Virus record (IMG/VR): IMGVR_UViG_3300029825_000044
Location: 1-25,685 of that record
Reading direction: 5' to 3' (one strand)
From: a virus
Lineage: Duplodnaviria > Caudoviricetes
DNA: 25,685 nucleotides
Shown here in pieces: positions 18,415 to 25,685 of the stretch (the first letter of the stretch is position 1; the number at the start of each line of letters is the position of its first letter). The notes beneath the pieces are model-generated. The model did no database searches. It was not told the origin of the DNA and was given only the letters and a program-made list of their open reading frames with translations. A program made the position numbers and the translations under genes.

Positions 18415-19357
18415 TTTTAATGCTCCTTTCTCTTTCAGAAGTTTTAATAATTAATCTAGATAATACTAAAAGTGTTTTAGTAAGATCAGCATCATTTCTT
18501 TGTATACCCATTTTATTAATAACTGCCAATTCCCCTCTACTTATTAGTTGTAGATTATCAAGATTACAATTTTGACTATTTCCATCCATAAATAATATGC
18601 AGTGACTTTTTGGGATTTTTCCATGTGCTTTTTCCCAGACAACCCTATGCTTAGCTTTAAAGACATTTGGATTGGCTACTTTAATCCAGATATATCCATT
18701 AGGATCTATTCTTTCATAGCCAGTTGGTTTTTTTGAATATGGAATATGTCACTTTTGGAACCAAAATAATGAAGCTGCTTTTAGATTTCTTGATTTATTA
18801 AGTCCTTCTTCACTTTTCTTTAATCCTAGTCTATTAACTTTATGTTCAATTGAACTTGGTGTGGTTTTAATGTTAAAACGATTATTCATAATATCAGATA
18901 ATTTTTTATAACTGAGCTCATCATAATGTTTTTTTAGATATTCTATCAATTCCTTTGTCCATACAAGTCTCGGCACATATTCTCTAGTTCTATCAAATTC
19001 AGCACCCATTATGCGTTCGGCTTTATGCCAAATAGATGATTTAGTAAAATCAGTATTAAATTTTTTATTAAATGTCTCAACTAATATATCTAGTTTTATT
19101 TTGTTAAAATTATCAGATAACCAATCAACCATTTCTATCGTGTATTTTCCATAATTATCTTTAATGTTTCTTTTGCAAATACCTATTTGTTGGATTTTAT
19201 TTTTTATTTGTTGCTTTATTAAATCAGTATTAAATCGTTTATTGAATGCAATAAGTAAATCTGATAACTCCATGATCATATATTTATTAATGATAAACTC
19301 CACTTGTTCTTGAGTAAATTTAAATCTTTTACGTTCTGTCATATACCATAATTTCAA
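18401..19357 (-). pseudogene. HNH endonuclease with N-terminal helical repeats, interrupted by one in-frame TGA at 18751-18749
   Basis: Track ORFs 18749..19357 and 18401..18589 share a frame. The gap translates WFQK*HIPYSKKPTGYERIDPNGYIWIKVANPNVFKAKHRVVWEKAHGKIPKSHCILFMDGNSQNCNLDNL, a continuous HNH domain. Confidence 0.8.
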
Positions 19358-19550
19358 GATATTCTATTTCTTCTTTACCTTTGGTTTTAGAATATGCACC
19401 TAGATTAGCTACAGTAAAATCTTGAATTTCCTCTTTGGTTTCGTTGGTCATTTCGTAATAAGGATTATCATATATGACTTTCTCATAAGCATCTTTTATT
19501 ACCAAATATTCATATCTTGAAATAAATCCAAATATATCTTTTAATGTCAT
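19329..19550 (-). CDS. Hypothetical protein
   Basis: Likely start MTLKD at 19550 after AGGAG; the track starts it at 19595. Confidence 0.55.
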   Translation of the reverse strand: MTLKDIFGFISRYEYLVIKDAYEKVIYDNPYYEMTNETKEEIQDFTVANLGAYSKTKGKEEIEYLEIMVYDRT

Positions 19551-19552
19551 GA

Positions 19553-19753
19553 TCAAGACTCCTGAAATCTCATTACTGCAGGAGCTATACTCCAAAAATA
19601 ATTACCATTATGCCAGCCATCGATTGCTTGTCCTACTTCTGAGTTATAAATATCATTAGCTACAACATATTCAGGTTTTCTACCATCACGAACCCACATT
19701 ACTAAAATCTTTCCATTATCTTTTTTTGCAATAACAATTTTTTGTTCACTCAT
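19553..19753 (-). CDS. Hypothetical protein
   Basis: 66 aa with SD GAGGG; EYVVA...WHNGNYF motif. Confidence 0.6.
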   Translation of the reverse strand: MSEQKIVIAKKDNGKILVMWVRDGRKPEYVVANDIYNSEVGQAIDGWHNGNYFWSIAPAVMRFQES

Positions 19754-19768
19754 TTTTATTCCCTCTCT

Positions 19769-20623
19769 TTAGCCTTTATAATCTTCCCATTTAACACTTT
19801 TGAATATTGCTTTCATGTTTACCCACCTTTCAAATCTTTTTTGATATGTATTATTTTTATCGTACGGCATTACAAATGGGTCTATTTTTAATTTTCTCAA
19901 TTCTTCAACTCTAAACAAATCTTCTTCTGGTGTTGAGTTAAATCCAATCAAAACATAACACATTAATTTATAAGGTTTAATCCAATTAACAGCTTTCTCT
20001 AATTGTGGCCTTAAATTAATTTGCGGAAAATCCCAAGCAATCGCTATTTGTTTTTTGAGTTTTAATTTGTTTAAAGCTTCACATTGCTTTTCGTCCAACA
20101 GCCTTACATCTACACCATGCAAATTAACTGGTTGGTTTATTCTCAATAAATCCTCTATCGCATATTCCCATTCAGGATTAGCAAAGAAATTATTATCTAA
20201 TATCTCTATGTGTTTTCCTTTAGGGTTTAGTTTAAAAGGTTTAACTGGATAGATATATCCTTCTTTTTCTCTTACTACACAAAATGAACAATTTCTAATA
20301 CAACCCCTAGAATAAAATTGCATCGAATAATCACAATCTGGGTATAAACTATAATCAAGTTCTAATATTTTATCTATTTCTGGGTCTAGTTTCTTTGATA
20401 TATCAATTCCTGTTCCGCCTTTAATTATTTTGCAATTTGGATAATAATTATAAGGCTCTGTAAAATTAAATAAAATACTTTCATACAAAATATCAGTATC
20501 ATTAAAATCAAATAAAGGATTATACCAATCGACATTATCGCCTTTTTGCTTATGGTAAGTAGATATTTTCATAATTGCTATATTTGGCATTTTGCTATCT
20601 CTAGCTAATAATCTTATTTTCAA
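19769..20623 (-). CDS. Radical SAM protein (phage family)
   Basis: SRGCIRNCSFC (CxxxCxxC), LDNNF, YVLIGF, PFVMPY; N-terminal PNIAIMKIS domain; TTG start with SD GAGGTG. Confidence 0.9.
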   Translation of the reverse strand: MKIRLLARDSKMPNIAIMKISTYHKQKGDNVDWYNPLFDFNDTDILYESILFNFTEPYNYYPNCKIIKGGTGIDISKKLDPEIDKILELDYSLYPDCDYSMQFYSRGCIRNCSFCVVREKEGYIYPVKPFKLNPKGKHIEILDNNFFANPEWEYAIEDLLRINQPVNLHGVDVRLLDEKQCEALNKLKLKKQIAIAWDFPQINLRPQLEKAVNWIKPYKLMCYVLIGFNSTPEEDLFRVEELRKLKIDPFVMPYDKNNTYQKRFERWVNMKAIFKSVKWEDYKG

Positions 20624-20633
20624 ATTTACACCT

Positions 20634-21587
20634 CTAAAACAAACTCAACTGTTCTATTCTCGACTTATGTTTTTTTTCTTCATTGCATTTCTTAGTACTT
20701 TTTTCTAAAAAATTATTATAATTTATTCCTAATAAATCATAAGACTCTTTAAAATAATCAACAATAAATTTTCTTTGGTTTTCGTTTATTAAATCTAATT
20801 CTTTTTCGGTATTACCTTTATAACTCCCATAAGGGCAACCAAAACAACCAGTTCTCGTAATATGTTCATATATTTCTGGTAATTCAATGTTATACTTTTT
20901 ATAAATTGCGTTTTCAATTTGATCAGTTAAATCCCAAATAGGAGTAAATTTTTTATCTTCAGTAAAACAACTTTTATATTTAGAACCTCTTAAAACCCCT
21001 TCATCAGCCATAACGCCTAATATTTCTTTTTTACCAGTTAGTTTTTGATAATCTCTAGCTGGTTTCTTTTTAAGTTTATCACAACATTTTTGGCTAATTT
21101 TATGAAGTTCTCCATTAAGAAGCTTCTCCCTTGCATTATTGTTAAGTTTAAACATTGTATTAATATTATTATCATTTTCGTCTCTACCTGTTACTGCTCT
21201 GATTAAATAAGGTTTGCGACTTCCATTTTGATATCTATTTATCATTTCATCTTGAAATTTACTAAAACAAGGAATTCCATATTTTTCTTTGATTTCAAGA
21301 GGTTTCATTCTTCCTTTTAAAACAACATCACAATTATCTTTAATTCGTTTTAAAATTTGAGGATGTTCCATATAGGTGTTTATTCCAATTATAGGAATAG
21401 AAGAATATTTTTTGTACATTTCAAAATCATTTTCTTTTAACCAAATCTTTAAAAACCAAAATAACAAATGGCTATCTTTCCCTCCAGAATAGCTTAAATA
21501 ATAAGCTTCAGGTTTAATCTTCTTAAATTTGCTTTTTAAATCTTCTAAATAAAAATCTACATTATCTATTTCTATGGATCTTCCCAT
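20634..21587 (-). CDS. PAPS reductase-family (PP-loop, Fe-S) protein
   Basis: PP-loop SYSGGKDS, CC..LKK.P, PIWD and RTGCFGCP. Confidence 0.88.
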   Translation of the reverse strand: MGRSIEIDNVDFYLEDLKSKFKKIKPEAYYLSYSGGKDSHLLFWFLKIWLKENDFEMYKKYSSIPIIGINTYMEHPQILKRIKDNCDVVLKGRMKPLEIKEKYGIPCFSKFQDEMINRYQNGSRKPYLIRAVTGRDENDNNINTMFKLNNNAREKLLNGELHKISQKCCDKLKKKPARDYQKLTGKKEILGVMADEGVLRGSKYKSCFTEDKKFTPIWDLTDQIENAIYKKYNIELPEIYEHITRTGCFGCPYGSYKGNTEKELDLINENQRKFIVDYFKESYDLLGINYNNFLEKSTKKCNEEKKHKSRIEQLSLF

Positions 21588-21604
21588 TTATTCCACCTTT
21601 TTAA

Positions 21605-21757
21605 CTACTTTATTAATTTAAACTCTTCAACATTCTTTCCATCTTTTATTAAGGGAAAATATAAAACTCCTGGAGAATCAACAAATTCCATTTTCCAAAC
21701 AACACCAGATTCCTTTAACCAAACATTTACTAATTTTTTTTTGTAAATAGCTTGCAT
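21605..21757 (-). CDS. Small hypothetical protein (50 aa)
   Basis: Not in the track. MQAIYKKKLVNVWLKESGVVWKMEFVDSPGVLYFPLIKDGKNVEEFKLIK fills the gap between its neighbours. Confidence 0.55.
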   Translation of the reverse strand: MQAIYKKKLVNVWLKESGVVWKMEFVDSPGVLYFPLIKDGKNVEEFKLIK

Positions 21758-21760
21758 TTA

Positions 21761-22069
21761 TTACATTTCTCTTTCAATAGAAATGTTTATTTTATTAGTT
21801 GCGTCTCTTATCAAATCAATAATATATAGTTCGTTGTTTCTACAATTCTTTATTTTTGGTATATCCAAAGCCATTGCATATACTTTTAACAACATAAGAT
21901 TTTTATCTTTAAAATTAGATCCAACTGTTTCGTTGGTAGCTTTATTCAAAAGTTCAATTGCAGAAGGTAAATCGGTGATTTCTAACGACAATGCAACATT
22001 TTTTGCTAAAGCAATACACAACGAATTTTGAATTATCAAAAGATTAATATAATTGGCATCCATATTCAT
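21761..22069 (-). CDS. Hypothetical protein
   Basis: 102 aa with an ATGA overlap and SD GAGGG. Confidence 0.6.
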   Translation of the reverse strand: MNMDANYINLLIIQNSLCIALAKNVALSLEITDLPSAIELLNKATNETVGSNFKDKNLMLLKVYAMALDIPKIKNCRNNELYIIDLIRDATNKINISIEREM

Positions 22070-22272
22070 TCCCTCTCTCTAATAAATTTATTTATAGGGC
22101 ATTTATTCATGTTTATTAACTTTTCTTTCCTTTTTTCAAACAAACTGACTTCTAAATCGAATGACTCATTAGGTGTCATATTTTTAAATCTATTAAGCAC
22201 TGTTCTCTTTGAATTATGTCCACTTTTTTGTAAATATCGAATAACCCAATCAACAGTAAAATTTTCATTCAT
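22066..22272 (-). CDS. Hypothetical protein
   Basis: 68 aa with a TAATG overlap and SD GAGGTGGAG. Confidence 0.6.
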   Translation of the reverse strand: MNENFTVDWVIRYLQKSGHNSKRTVLNRFKNMTPNESFDLEVSLFEKRKEKLINMNKCPINKFIRERE

Positions 22273-22502
22273 TACTCCACCTCAATAAAACTTTCTAAAT
22301 GTTCTTTTCTTAAAGCATCTTTATATTCTTCTGTCTGTGGCTCGTTTCTGCTTTCAATTAATTCACAATCATTTATGTTAACCATTGACGGGAATGGATA
22401 ACCGCAAGGAACTAATTTACCAGTTTTATAATTCACTCCGCAAACAACCCATTCTTCTCCAAGAGGAATATATTTTACAAAATCATTTGGCCTAATTTTC
22501 AT
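22272..22502 (-). CDS. Hypothetical protein
   Basis: 76 aa; GEEWVVCGV...PCGYP; ATGA overlap; SD GGAGG. Confidence 0.65.
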   Translation of the reverse strand: MKIRPNDFVKYIPLGEEWVVCGVNYKTGKLVPCGYPFPSMVNINDCELIESRNEPQTEEYKDALRKEHLESFIEVE

Positions 22503-22981
22503 TCTTTATCCTCCAACAATTCTTTTTCACTGCTCATTGACCCGTTTACCCATCGCATTAGCATCTGGTCTAAAATATGAAATCTTTCTTCAATAGTTAA
22601 TTTTTTTCTATAACTATTAAAATAGATACCTTGCTGTTCCTTTTTTAATTTTAAAGTACCATTTTCAAAGACAATAATTCCTTCTTTAAAATTTAATAAA
22701 CTAGCATCTTTTTCTAATATTTCATTTAACAAATCAATCGGCATAACGTAATAATTTTCATCAGCTCCAAAGTTATGGCCATTAACATTTTTAAAATCAT
22801 TTAATGAAACTTTAATCTCATAAAATTTTACAATCGGTTTTTGTTCTTGAAAGCTAAACTTCGCAGTAGCGAAGTCAACAAAGCCGTTTTTAAAGCTAAC
22901 TTCCAATGCATAACGCTGAGATGTTCCTTTGCATTTTTTAATTAGAGCTTGTTCGATTTCAAGAGTCAGATTAGTTTTCAT
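22499..22981 (-). CDS. PD-(D/E)XK nuclease-like protein (MmcB-like)
   Basis: ALEV...FVD...FYEIKVSLNDF...NYYVMP...GII motif order. Confidence 0.65.
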   Translation of the reverse strand: MKTNLTLEIEQALIKKCKGTSQRYALEVSFKNGFVDFATAKFSFQEQKPIVKFYEIKVSLNDFKNVNGHNFGADENYYVMPIDLLNEILEKDASLLNFKEGIIVFENGTLKLKKEQQGIYFNSYRKKLTIEERFHILDQMLMRWVNGSMSSEKELLEDKE

Positions 22982-23179
22982 TTACTCTACCTCTTCTATA
23001 TCTAAAATTTTAACAGTCCATCTACGTTCGCATTCAGGTTCTCCCATAACTTCTATTGCTTTTTTAATAGCTTCTTCTCTATTTTTTGCAATTAAAATTA
23101 TTTTTTGAGCTTTATCCCAACGAATGTAAAAATATCCAGTTATATCTTCTGAAGCTACTAATAATTTAAATCTAAACAT
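22982..23179 (-). CDS. Hypothetical protein
   Basis: 65 aa; AKNREEAIKKA motif common in small phage proteins. Confidence 0.6.
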   Translation of the reverse strand: MFRFKLLVASEDITGYFYIRWDKAQKIILIAKNREEAIKKAIEVMGEPECERRWTVKILDIEEVE

Positions 23180-23183
23180 TATT

Positions 23184-23750
23184 TCACTCCTCCACCCAAC
23201 AATACATAAAGTTTTGAGGTGCTTTGGTGATTTTAAACGTATCTAAACATTCTTTATCATCCGCATCACAAATAAATGGGGAAATGATTTGATTGTTTGG
23301 GTAATGTAAATTTTTATAAAACTCACCCAACTCTTTTGGTCTATCAAATATTTCTAGGTTTTTGATGTGGATGGCGTAAAGGTCTTTGCCTTTGCCATAA
23401 TCTTCAATTTCTTGATTACTTAAACATAAATCTCTATAATCTAATTCATGTATATCGTATAAATCATTATCGTTTCCATTTTCTTTGGTATATGTAAAAT
23501 ACTCATCAAACCAAAATCTACAAGGAATAGTCCCCTCTAAACAATCTAACCCAACCCAATTATTAACATTTTTTATGTAATATGTATTAGTCTCTCTGCT
23601 AAAATACAGAGATGGATTTGTAAATGTACAATACAAATTAATCCATCCTACAAAACCTTTTGGGATTTGCTTTCTTAATTCTAATGTTTTATCGCCATTA
23701 AGAATATTTACTAAATACTGTGGTCTAATTGACATTAATACTTGTTTCAT
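23184..23750 (-). CDS. ASCH/PUA-like domain protein
   Basis: VLMSIRPQY...ILNGDKTLELRK...LYCT and C-terminal APQNFMY. Confidence 0.85.
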   Translation of the reverse strand: MKQVLMSIRPQYLVNILNGDKTLELRKQIPKGFVGWINLYCTFTNPSLYFSRETNTYYIKNVNNWVGLDCLEGTIPCRFWFDEYFTYTKENGNDNDLYDIHELDYRDLCLSNQEIEDYGKGKDLYAIHIKNLEIFDRPKELGEFYKNLHYPNNQIISPFICDADDKECLDTFKITKAPQNFMYCWVEE

Positions 23751-23995
23751 TTTTTTGCCTCGTCCTCGTCATCTTTAAATTTATCAAACATATCTTCTAA
23801 TTTGATTTCAAAAACCTGATATTTTCCTTTATATTTTCTAGGTTTTTTCAATAATTCTTTTGTAAAATAAATCCATATAAACACAAGATAAATGCTTATC
23901 GATAATGACCCAATCCAATGTAGACCGATTAACCAAAAATGTCTAATGATTAAAATTTGCAATGCTAAAGTTGTAATAATTAATAATTTCTTCAT
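23747..23995 (-). CDS. Small membrane protein
   Basis: Two hydrophobic N-terminal segments and a charged tail; SD AGGAGG. Confidence 0.65.
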   Translation of the reverse strand: MKKLLIITTLALQILIIRHFWLIGLHWIGSLSISIYLVFIWIYFTKELLKKPRKYKGKYQVFEIKLEDMFDKFKDDEDEAKK

Positions 23996-24006
23996 TCGTT
24001 TACCTC

Positions 24007-24666
24007 CTAAACATCAAATTCTGTTCTCTTTTGGGATACTTCTTCCTGGACTATCCCAATGTAAATTAATGTAACTGTAGGATCACCTTTGCCGTTATGT
24101 ATCATTTGATGTAGACCCGCTAAGTCTTTTGTTTTTTCATAATAAAGTTTCCCAAAAGTTTTCCTCAAGCTGTGACAACCTACTTTTCTGATTATCCCAA
24201 GTTCTTTAGCAAGATCTTGAATTATGTTATAAGCTTGTTGTCGAGTGATAGGCATGTTATATCCATTTCGTGACTGCAGCAAATATTCGCCGTCAACTAA
24301 CTGATTTCTTACAATGTAATCTTGCAGCTCTTTAGTGATTCTTTTATTAAGTTGGAACGGCCTATTCCTTTTTGTTTTGAATTCATGGGTATCTATATAC
24401 CCTTTCACAACTTGTTTATTTACTCTAATCTGAATTAGGTCTTCAATTCGTAGAGCTGTATTAAAACCTAAATCAAACATCATTCCATTTCTATCCCATC
24501 GATATTTTTCGGACCAATGTGGATTTGTGCTTTTTTCTTTGATTGCATCTGTTGATTCATAATACTTTTGTTTGCATAATAATCTAAGGTCATCCGCTTC
24601 CTTTTGCGAAAACGGAGTTACCGTTTGACGGCCCGTTGCAAATGTAGGCTTAAACTTTCTTGCCAT
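24007..24666 (-). CDS. Tyrosine recombinase (catalytic domain only, 219 aa)
   Basis: TALRIEDL (R), EFKT (K), ITRQQAY, HSLRKTFG (HxxR), TLIYIG (Y); SD GGGAGG. Confidence 0.9.
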   Translation of the reverse strand: MARKFKPTFATGRQTVTPFSQKEADDLRLLCKQKYYESTDAIKEKSTNPHWSEKYRWDRNGMMFDLGFNTALRIEDLIQIRVNKQVVKGYIDTHEFKTKRNRPFQLNKRITKELQDYIVRNQLVDGEYLLQSRNGYNMPITRQQAYNIIQDLAKELGIIRKVGCHSLRKTFGKLYYEKTKDLAGLHQMIHNGKGDPTVTLIYIGIVQEEVSQKRTEFDV

Positions 24667-24684
24667 TTATAATTCCTCCCTTTT

Positions 24685-24735
24685 AAAACTGTCTACAATT
24701 AGTTGATTGACTTAGCATTCAAACTATAGTAAAAT
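24685..24735 (+). promoter_or_regulatory. Antisense sigma70-type promoter with the same upstream element as the late promoter
   Basis: TTGACT (24707-24712) - 17 bp - TAAAAT (24730-24735), preceded by AAAACTGTCTACAATTAGTTGA. Confidence 0.7.
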
Positions 24736-24741
24736 ATAATT

Positions 24742-24838
24742 GTAAAAAGCTTATGCGGTTTACTTATAAATGTAGTACAAGCCCTACATTACCCAAGAAT
24801 AGTCTTTGATTGCCAAATCTTACGAGACTATTTTTTTT
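24742..24838 (+). ncRNA. Putative ~95-nt antisense small RNA
   Basis: Promoter upstream, 7-bp hairpin AATGTAG/CTACATT (24769-24790), then a terminator hairpin and T-run. No SD-led ORF is evident. Confidence 0.55.
24798..24838 (+). terminator. Intrinsic terminator of the antisense RNA
   Basis: AATAGTCT...AGACTATT stem with an inner GATT-GCCA-AATC hairpin; T8 run at 24831-24838. Confidence 0.6.
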
Positions 24839-25190
24839 CGTTCATTTCTTTTTCTAAAACTTTTTTATAAGCGATTAATGGCTTTAATGTTTTTTTCATG
24901 TCTTGAATTCTAGCCCAAAATTCATTAATTGATCTATCAATTAATTCGAGTTCTGTTTCCTTTTCTTTTTGATCCATCTGCTTGATAGGTCTTGCTAACC
25001 TATATCCTTTTTGAAATGATCCACGAATAACTGGATAATGTTTACCAATACCATTAACTTCATCACGAGCTTTTCTATTACTGACAAGCATATAATCCGC
25101 TATTTCATCAACAGTTCTCTTCTGCTTTAAAAATATTATGATTGGACTATAAAACTCTTCTTTTGCTTTCCTGGTTTGTTTTTCCTTCAT
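24828..25190 (-). CDS. Putative winged-HTH DNA-binding protein
   Basis: TVDEIADYMLVSNRKARDEV...PVI...KGYRLA. The likely start is 25190 after GGAGG; the track starts it at 25238. Confidence 0.65.
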   Translation of the reverse strand: MKEKQTRKAKEEFYSPIIIFLKQKRTVDEIADYMLVSNRKARDEVNGIGKHYPVIRGSFQKGYRLARPIKQMDQKEKETELELIDRSINEFWARIQDMKKTLKPLIAYKKVLEKEMNEKK

Positions 25191-25335
25191 TATTTTTCCT
25201 CCTATAAATACTGAAAATTTTACCTGGATTATTTTCAATTGATCTTAATCTTTGTTCCCATGCATCTTTGAAATCCAAATTATTTTTTACAACAACTTGT
25301 CCATTGATAGTCCATTCTCTTACTTCAAAGCTCAT
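25147..25335 (-). CDS. Hypothetical protein
   Basis: 62 aa with SD GGAGGTG and an ATGA overlap. Confidence 0.55.
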   Translation of the reverse strand: MSFEVREWTINGQVVVKNNLDFKDAWEQRLRSIENNPGKIFSIYRRKNNEGKTNQESKRRVL

Positions 25336-25685
25336 TCTTTCACCTCCTGTTCTTTGTTTTCACATTTGCTGCATAAATCATTTTTAACACAAACGCATCC
25401 TGAACATCTATGAAGGCTTGTACATCCACAAACTCTGCATTTTCTAGTTTCATTCTTTCTAGCTAGATAACTCATTGAAATAAATTGTCTTTTCGCATAC
25501 TCTACATTTTCGAAAGAATATATCCTTTGAAAATATTCCGCTTCTAAATAATCATTTACGTTTCTACCTATCCCGAAGGTAGTATCCTTTTCCTTTTCAA
25601 CAATGATGAAAGTTACATCTACAACTACTTCTCCTTGTAAGCCTTCTACTTTAATTAAGGCATAATTAGAATTCTCTTTAATACA
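25332..25685 (-). CDS. Hypothetical protein, 3' part only, with a C-terminal Cys-rich putative zinc finger
   Basis: Not in the track. The frame is open from the window edge to TGA 25332 and ends RKCRVCGCTSLHRCSGCVCVKNDLCSKC. Confidence 0.75.
   Translation of the reverse strand, partial: CIKENSNYALIKVEGLQGEVVVDVTFIIVEKEKDTTFGIGRNVNDYLEAEYFQRIYSFENVEYAKRQFISMSYLARKNETRKCRVCGCTSLHRCSGCVCVKNDLCSKCENKEQEVKE

Noticed and set aside
18749-18751. Genome-wide TGA recoding (code 4 or 25)
   Set aside because: TGA is a genuine stop in several ATGA/GTGA overlaps (1290, 9584, 22066, 22499, 23747, 25332), and long genes have no internal TGA.
3180-24074. Plus-strand ORFs in the track (3180, 5542, 8021, 9171, 10628, 15115, 20055, 21783, 22028, 23892)
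   Set aside because: They are antisense shadows of well-supported minus-strand genes, with no SD or recognisable motifs.
1-25685. CRISPR arrays, tRNA/rRNA genes, IS elements, introns/inteins
   Set aside because: None recognised by eye. TerL, portal and capsid are of normal length and uninterrupted.

Overview
This is a 25.7-kb AT-rich segment of a temperate-type siphovirus (phage or prophage) in the standard genetic code, with essentially all genes on the minus strand. Read in transcription order (right to left), an early/middle accessory operon comes first. It holds a small tyrosine recombinase, an ASCH protein, a PD-(D/E)XK nuclease-like protein, a PAPS-reductase-family protein next to a radical SAM enzyme, an HNH nuclease interrupted by an in-frame TGA, and many small ORFs. 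A replisome organizer with an internal origin-like repeat cluster and a probable late-gene activator follow. Next is an HK97-type cos packaging and head module (HNH, cos region, TerS, TerL, portal, protease, capsid), then neck genes, and a tail module (major tail protein, -1 frameshifted chaperone pair, tape measure, evolved Dit, tail-tip proteins). The most unusual signal is non-coding: a 27-bp element (25/27 identical) occurs twice in inverted orientation, 9.1 kb apart. One copy runs into the -35 of the putative late promoter and the other into the -35 of an antisense promoter driving a ~95-nt structured, terminated small RNA just upstream of the recombinase. A pair of inverted XerD/dif-like half sites also flanks a ~225-bp intergenic segment. 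All family assignments come from motif recognition and synteny, not database searches.
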